The notes under the pieces: generated by a model
The model's input: only the letters and a program-made list of their open reading frames with translations
The model's database searches: none
What the model was told of the DNA's origin: nothing
Shown here: positions 59,901-64,000 of the stretch, piece after piece
How positions within the stretch are numbered: position 1 is the stretch's first letter
Layout: the number at the start of each line of letters is the position of its first letter
Program-made: the position numbers and the translations under genes
Source: an uncultured virus (IMG/VR IMGVR_UViG_3300031951_000102)
Lineage: Duplodnaviria > Heunggongvirae > Uroviricota > Caudoviricetes
IMG/VR virus record: IMGVR_UViG_3300031951_000102
Strand: one strand, 5' to 3'
DNA: 64,000 nucleotides

Positions 59901-61979
59901 ACCTGTTCTATTTGTATCCTTATAAGTGTAAATTGGTTCAGGTCTACCTAAAAATGATGTTGGTTGCCAGTTAGCAGTAGATGAATCACTATATGTAAGT
60001 TCATAAGGTGGAAACCACATTACTCTACCACCATTAGGTCCTTTTTCACATGTCGGTAAATCATCATAAGTATATCCAGGTCTACTTGATGTTCTCCAAG
60101 CTAAGTTTTCTAATGAAAACATATATTTTTTAGCATAACCTCCTGTACCTGTTTTTGCATCATCTGCAATTATATTAGTCGAACCAGGATTTTTTGTTGG
60201 ACTTATATTTAAATTAAATGTACTATCTAATACTGAATGTGAGAATCTTCTACCCTGAGTTGTAATACCATCAACTTTTTGTAAATCACGATAAACTAAA
60301 TATGGGGTATCTTTAGTGAAAATTCTACAATACTCAATACCATTCTCATCACCAGTTGTATTATCTACATATGATAAAACTTTAGAACCTTTTGTAATTT
60401 CTTTATAACCGTCATTAAAAACTTTACTAACTTGATTAATAGCATTTCCAACATGTTTAAGTCTACTAGTACCTTGAACATTATCTGCAGATTCTACTAA
60501 TCTTTGGGTATTATCTAAAATAGAATTACCTTTAAAAGTTAAATTAGTTGATTGACCTCTTGTATAGTTTGAAGATACTAAATTAAAATCTTCATCAATT
60601 GAACCAATTGCACCTCCAGGTCCAACATGATATCCCGCATTATCTTGGAATTTAGGTGAAACCCACGTAAATCCACCATCTAATGAACCTCCGTTTGAAT
60701 ATGGGACTTGGGTAAATGTAAAATTTAAATTTTCTTGATTTCCTTCAAATAAAATACCTAATTCTGACGGTCCGTAAACAGGTGATTTAACTTGTTGTCC
60801 AAAAACATTGACAGGTACTTGGTTTGGCGGTGATGTTATTGATGATGGTTCAGATGTTTTATTACCAACATAATAACCACCTATCAAAGTTCCATTATCA
60901 GGATTAATTATTTCAATGGCTAAATTTACTATACCAGAAGCGATACCTAAAATACCTCCAAAATTTCTATCATAAGGTGGTTGATACCTATTGTAATCAA
61001 TATTACTAAAAAGTACTGACCTTTGTCCATTACCCGTATTTGCTAAAAATATCTCAGATGGATTTCTATTAATATTAAGAATCGGTCCTAAAAATCCACC
61101 TGTTAATTGATTAATAGTATTTAACGCTAAAGATGTTTGTTGGTTTTGAACACCACTATTCTCATCAAAATAATCACCAGGAATAGGTGAAACAGGCCAA
61201 TAAGCCGATGATAATCGAGTAATTAAATCTACAGTTCTAAGAATAGGGTTTTCAGGTACTGTAATTCTCCAATTTCTATAAACCAAAGGTTGTTGACCAG
61301 TTACTAATAAACTAATTTCAAATGGGTCTTGTAAAGATTCTAAATTTACTTGACCAACAGTATTTTGAAAAATTTCCGCCCCAATTCTTTGTCCAAATGC
61401 AAATCTTAAAGATTCCGCACCAATACGAGCAATAAAAGAATCTTGTGATAAAGGTCCGTTGTTACCATCAGGATTTTCTGAGGTTAAAATTTCATATGGA
61501 GTGTAATTTGACGGTAAAAAACTAGGTGGTTGCCAATACGGAGAATATATTTTATTATTAACCTGAACAGTATCCAAAAAAAACATATCTTGGAAACCTC
61601 CATTAGGACCATATTTATTTTCAATATATTGAGCATCAATATTGAATTCATTAATTAAATCTAAAGCGGTCTGATTTGGGTTATAAGGTCCTTGATTTGA
61701 ATTAACAGGTAATGGAGGTCCATTATAAGTAATTGTTGTATCAAACCCACCTTCAGGTCCAAATTCATTCAAAGGATATAATTGATTTGCAAATGGGTCA
61801 TCCGCAATCAAATTATTTGGGGAATCAATAACAGATGAATCTGTTAATGTTATTTCGTAAGATATATTATTTACAGGTGGTGTCCAAACTCCCTCTACGT
61901 TATAAGGAGCTAAGTTCCTGGCTAACAGTGAATTCCTAAAAGATGAGGTTGATGCGAATGATAAACTACTTTCGGACAT
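56904..61979 (-). CDS. Large tail-tube initiator-like protein (gp48/gp54-like) with inserted OmpA-like domain
   Basis: FPPY..WQPTSFLGRPEPIYTY..R and APPVLVLRIGD..QPMIAKVTLSF flank GSAS..YNKNLSVRRIDSV..CRRVKI. Confidence 0.7.
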   Translation of the reverse strand: MSESSLSFASTSSFRNSLLARNLAPYNVEGVWTPPVNNISYEITLTDSSVIDSPNNLIADDPFANQLYPLNEFGPEGGFDTTITYNGPPLPVNSNQGPYNPNQTALDLINEFNIDAQYIENKYGPNGGFQDMFFLDTVQVNNKIYSPYWQPPSFLPSNYTPYEILTSENPDGNNGPLSQDSFIARIGAESLRFAFGQRIGAEIFQNTVGQVNLESLQDPFEISLLVTGQQPLVYRNWRITVPENPILRTVDLITRLSSAYWPVSPIPGDYFDENSGVQNQQTSLALNTINQLTGGFLGPILNINRNPSEIFLANTGNGQRSVLFSNIDYNRYQPPYDRNFGGILGIASGIVNLAIEIINPDNGTLIGGYYVGNKTSEPSSITSPPNQVPVNVFGQQVKSPVYGPSELGILFEGNQENLNFTFTQVPYSNGGSLDGGFTWVSPKFQDNAGYHVGPGGAIGSIDEDFNLVSSNYTRGQSTNLTFKGNSILDNTQRLVESADNVQGTSRLKHVGNAINQVSKVFNDGYKEITKGSKVLSYVDNTTGDENGIEYCRIFTKDTPYLVYRDLQKVDGITTQGRRFSHSVLDSTFNLNISPTKNPGSTNIIADDAKTGTGGYAKKYMFSLENLAWRTSSRPGYTYDDLPTCEKGPNGGRVMWFPPYELTYSDSSTANWQPTSFLGRPEPIYTYKDTNRTGNLSWKIIVDSPSVLNVIVEQQLKGKSSEKINSILDSFFAGCVKFDIYELAKKYNTIPTSDLYTYQEILNKPNLTKEEYEEIVLEIPAEPNTDGSAGSGTEPIPNLGTESGGGVNNSSLIDSFKTTYEDLGFYFFNDIPDPNTNKVISSVSYQDTYDSYTNQNFIDSSIITSNNTFNINEGFCKNNVEFCENQKQINDFYNTVIIPSYKKASSDDKNFIDEAYEILSNGLAKISIEMVGSASATATVNYNKNLSVRRIDSVEKFFKTFDNGKLLPFFEDGSFKIVNKAAKGEIETIAIPKMADGSTGREVNCNTDISGSDGVTSNSQIYAVDAMACRRVKISKINIESLIQTPTPTIELIEQETIPNPDVPEITTIKIPLKTPTPKSTKTIVQKLKENLGKRILRNLLTECDYFEVIKENVPFVYDSIREKIRYFNPAFHSMTPEGLNSRLTFLNQCLRPGETIPIIGSDGKPRINDSINTSFGAPPVLVLRIGDFFNTKIIPKNLQFQYENFDLNPEGIGIQPMIAKVTLSFDIIGGMGIAKPVEELQNALSFNYYANTEIYDERATSTEDTTAIDKELAQLLGLTPEITTNISNTGFSPQQQNEGGSIIGEIITTVPIEGGSSGETSYQKIMDNLLLSSKSYFETIPNKLQEINDKYNYGIVQMINQDRYYINGDVKSNGDSVPCRIYGVPYQIEQSVKNLFDKVIEDIENDTNPIMDKLVNDFNFFESDLRQVRINMVNYVKELQNVMNNDLTLIIQDMSSFQQTFVRFIQKLNIIDNLTDGKINSVGTANVYTLSGLDGDNVSQSSSQVSNTYEEFYSDYFDFGQTIDEFYDFCVNQNIITNDYPSVGDIFLLGDYFTDDITYKSFYMIIGRILSNSNTKENFISSIISDTLTSVDEPYNLQNKFKNITNDLARDYKKEVEKGDDLFKDFKGDNDYIEYKDGLDVKMFPAGKTRKFSYTTVGGTEQQKTEIQNLYKSENTNNDTSTYLGKVKFNN

Positions 61980-61993
61980 ATTTACGTTTTAAT

Positions 61994-62000
61994 ATAAATA
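61994..62000 (-). promoter_or_regulatory. TATTTAT motif (putative late promoter); representative of ~11 copies
   Basis: Also at 2173, 3866, 19619, 28201, 37295, 37344, 39665, 40620, 45472, 49893. Confidence 0.6.
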
Positions 62001-62009
62001 CTGATAATA

Positions 62010-63998
62010 TTATTTTTTCTTATTACGTGTTGTTTGAAAATTTGTATTTGGTGAAGGTAATCTTCCGCCAGGACTTAATAAACCATTTGCAGTAAGAACT
62101 CCTTCAATACTTTTAGTTATTTCTTGTACGAATAAAGAGTCATTAAACTGTGTCTCATTCATTCCATTTGGAGCTGAAATATTTAAATTAATCGTATGTA
62201 TTTGTTCTGATGTTGAATTTTTATTAGTTTCTATTGTGTTTTCCCCTAATCTTGTGCCTCCAGCAACAAGAAAATCTTCATCATAAGTTTGTAAAATAAA
62301 ATCTTTCGGTTTTACAGTAATAGTTTCATTTTTACTTTCTACTGTTTGATTATCTGTTAAATTTTTAGATTCTTCTATTAATTTTTCATATCCAGGAACT
62401 TTTTGTAAAGATTGTCCTACTAATTTAACTAAACCGTTTGAACTTTCTGTTAAATTTGATAAACTTGTCGCGGCATTATCTATAGATGTTAAAAAAGTTT
62501 CCGCTCCTTTTCCAGAAATTTTAGTTATAACTTTACCCATAGCATCTCCTAGGTCCGAAAGACCTCCATCACCTGATGCTATTTTATTAATAGCGGTACT
62601 TAAATCAGACGCTGATTCATCAAACATCACCCTCAATTGTTTAGTACTTGCAACAGTTTCTGTAGGTATAATTTCAGCCATACCTTTTATAAAATTTTTA
62701 CCAACACTTAACAAATCTGTAGAAATAGTTGAACCAGCAAGTGCCAATGGTATAATATTAGTTACACGGTTTAAAGAGGCATTTATACTACCTAAAGTAT
62801 CCAATTGTTTTTCAGCAAACTCCTCCATTGTTTTAGGTCTTTCTTTTTCTTTTTGTGCTAAAAAACTTAATTGTTCTTGATTTAAGTTATCTACCGCTTC
62901 AGTTACTGTTTTACCGTCTTTATCAGTAAATGTTATATTATATGTTCCATCTTTTCCTTTTTCAGCTAAATTAGCAATTAATTTTCTGTCATCATCATTT
63001 GCAAAATCACTCGGGAATTTAATTCTTTGTAATTTATCATCTAATTCAACACTAGCTAAAGCCATTTTAGTTAATGTTTCATATGGTATTGAGGTTGCTT
63101 CTGAAATCTCTCTTAATTGACGTTTAGCTCCTTTTGCAATTTCAAAATTACCCGCTTCATTAAGTTTGACAAATGATTTTGTCATTTCTACAACTTGATT
63201 AGTTAATTCAGCAGGGTCATTTTGAGATAAATCTAAGAGTGTCAGTGGGTCTAATAAACTACTTTGAGTTACCCCTAATCTTTGTAGAGCCGCCGCCATA
63301 TTTATGGCCCCCTCAGGGTTAAATACTTTTTCCGCGAAGCTAAACATATCCTTCATATTAACTCTCATTGAAACTGTTTGAGCGGCCATTTCAGCCAAAC
63401 CGTCAATTCCTCCTTCAAAGTTATATTTATTTAATGACTCAAGATTTGCAACAACAACAGATGAAACCGCTTGGGCGTTTACTCCTAAACTTTTTGCCTT
63501 ATCCATTACCCCCAACATTTGGTCTCCTACTTGACCCATAGAAATACCTATGTTTTTAAAATTATCAGATAACGTTTGAGCATTTACACCAGTTACTTTT
63601 TGTGTCGCAATAAAATCTGATATAATATCAGAACTTACAATTACATTCCTACCTAATGTTTGCATTAACGTAGTTTGAGTATCAGTAATATCTTTCCAAC
63701 TACCACCAATTTTAGCAACTGAAACATAAGCATCAGTTAAACTTGATTTAATAGCATTTAATCTAAAATCACTTTCACCAAAACTTTTAGCAATTGAATA
63801 ACTTGTTTTATCCAAATCATACATTGCTTCCTGAATCCTATCAGGATTAAAATTTGTCTCTAACCTTTGTGCAAATTTTGTCAACGCATCTGTTATAGAT
63901 GTCGCGTCCTCAGATTTTTGAGCGGTTAATCCTTTTATCTTTTTATCAAGGTCCTCATAAAGAGATTTATAATTTAATTCGTCACCGTTACTAAACAT
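62010..63998 (-). CDS. Tape measure protein
   Basis: Ala/Leu/Gln-rich helical protein directly upstream of tube initiator, gp53 and hub genes. Confidence 0.7.
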   Translation of the reverse strand: MFSNGDELNYKSLYEDLDKKIKGLTAQKSEDATSITDALTKFAQRLETNFNPDRIQEAMYDLDKTSYSIAKSFGESDFRLNAIKSSLTDAYVSVAKIGGSWKDITDTQTTLMQTLGRNVIVSSDIISDFIATQKVTGVNAQTLSDNFKNIGISMGQVGDQMLGVMDKAKSLGVNAQAVSSVVVANLESLNKYNFEGGIDGLAEMAAQTVSMRVNMKDMFSFAEKVFNPEGAINMAAALQRLGVTQSSLLDPLTLLDLSQNDPAELTNQVVEMTKSFVKLNEAGNFEIAKGAKRQLREISEATSIPYETLTKMALASVELDDKLQRIKFPSDFANDDDRKLIANLAEKGKDGTYNITFTDKDGKTVTEAVDNLNQEQLSFLAQKEKERPKTMEEFAEKQLDTLGSINASLNRVTNIIPLALAGSTISTDLLSVGKNFIKGMAEIIPTETVASTKQLRVMFDESASDLSTAINKIASGDGGLSDLGDAMGKVITKISGKGAETFLTSIDNAATSLSNLTESSNGLVKLVGQSLQKVPGYEKLIEESKNLTDNQTVESKNETITVKPKDFILQTYDEDFLVAGGTRLGENTIETNKNSTSEQIHTINLNISAPNGMNETQFNDSLFVQEITKSIEGVLTANGLLSPGGRLPSPNTNFQTTRNKKK

Positions 63999-64000
63999 TT

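Noticed and set aside
1..64000. Stop-codon reassignment
   Set aside because: Genes are full length and tightly packed in the standard code; TAG (3890) and TGA (37356) end genes at expected C-termini
1..64000. CRISPR array, tRNAs, inteins, introns
   Set aside because: Intergenic gaps are short (about 110 bp or less) with no repeat-spacer pattern or cloverleaf; NrdA, DnaB and RecA are of normal length

Overview
A 64 kb segment of a large, AT-rich, T4-like contractile-tailed (myovirus) phage genome, densely coded in the standard genetic code and almost entirely on the minus strand. The host is inferred to be Bacteroidota, from a Bacteroidota-type primary sigma factor, SprB-type repeats, a DUF6576-like tail and A-rich start regions without Shine-Dalgarno. 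In transcription order (right to left): tape measure, tube-initiator protein with an OmpA-like insert, gp53/LysM-like protein, giant hub; SSB, RecA/UvsX, 5'-3' exonuclease, DnaB, nrdB (broken), nrdA, flavodoxin-like protein; gp25/gp6 baseplate and Cys-rich fibre-like genes; RuvC; a three-gene plus-strand island (PT repeats, LRR); primase, PD-(D/E)XK nuclease, transglycosylase, SbcD/SbcC; sigma factor; lysis-like cassette. Main observations: (1) three classes of upstream motif, including strand-specific TATTTAT, one copy embedded in the terminator gating the lysis cassette; (2) nrdB broken by an apparent ~16-nt deletion removing an iron ligand; (3) SbcCD apparently split at a non-canonical point; (4) an OmpA-like domain inside a tail-tube-fold protein; (5) apparently inactive amidase and GH73-like domains; (6) a flavoprotein with a putative capsid-targeting leader. 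No CRISPR array, tRNA, intein or DGR was seen. All family calls are from motif recognition by eye, not database searches.
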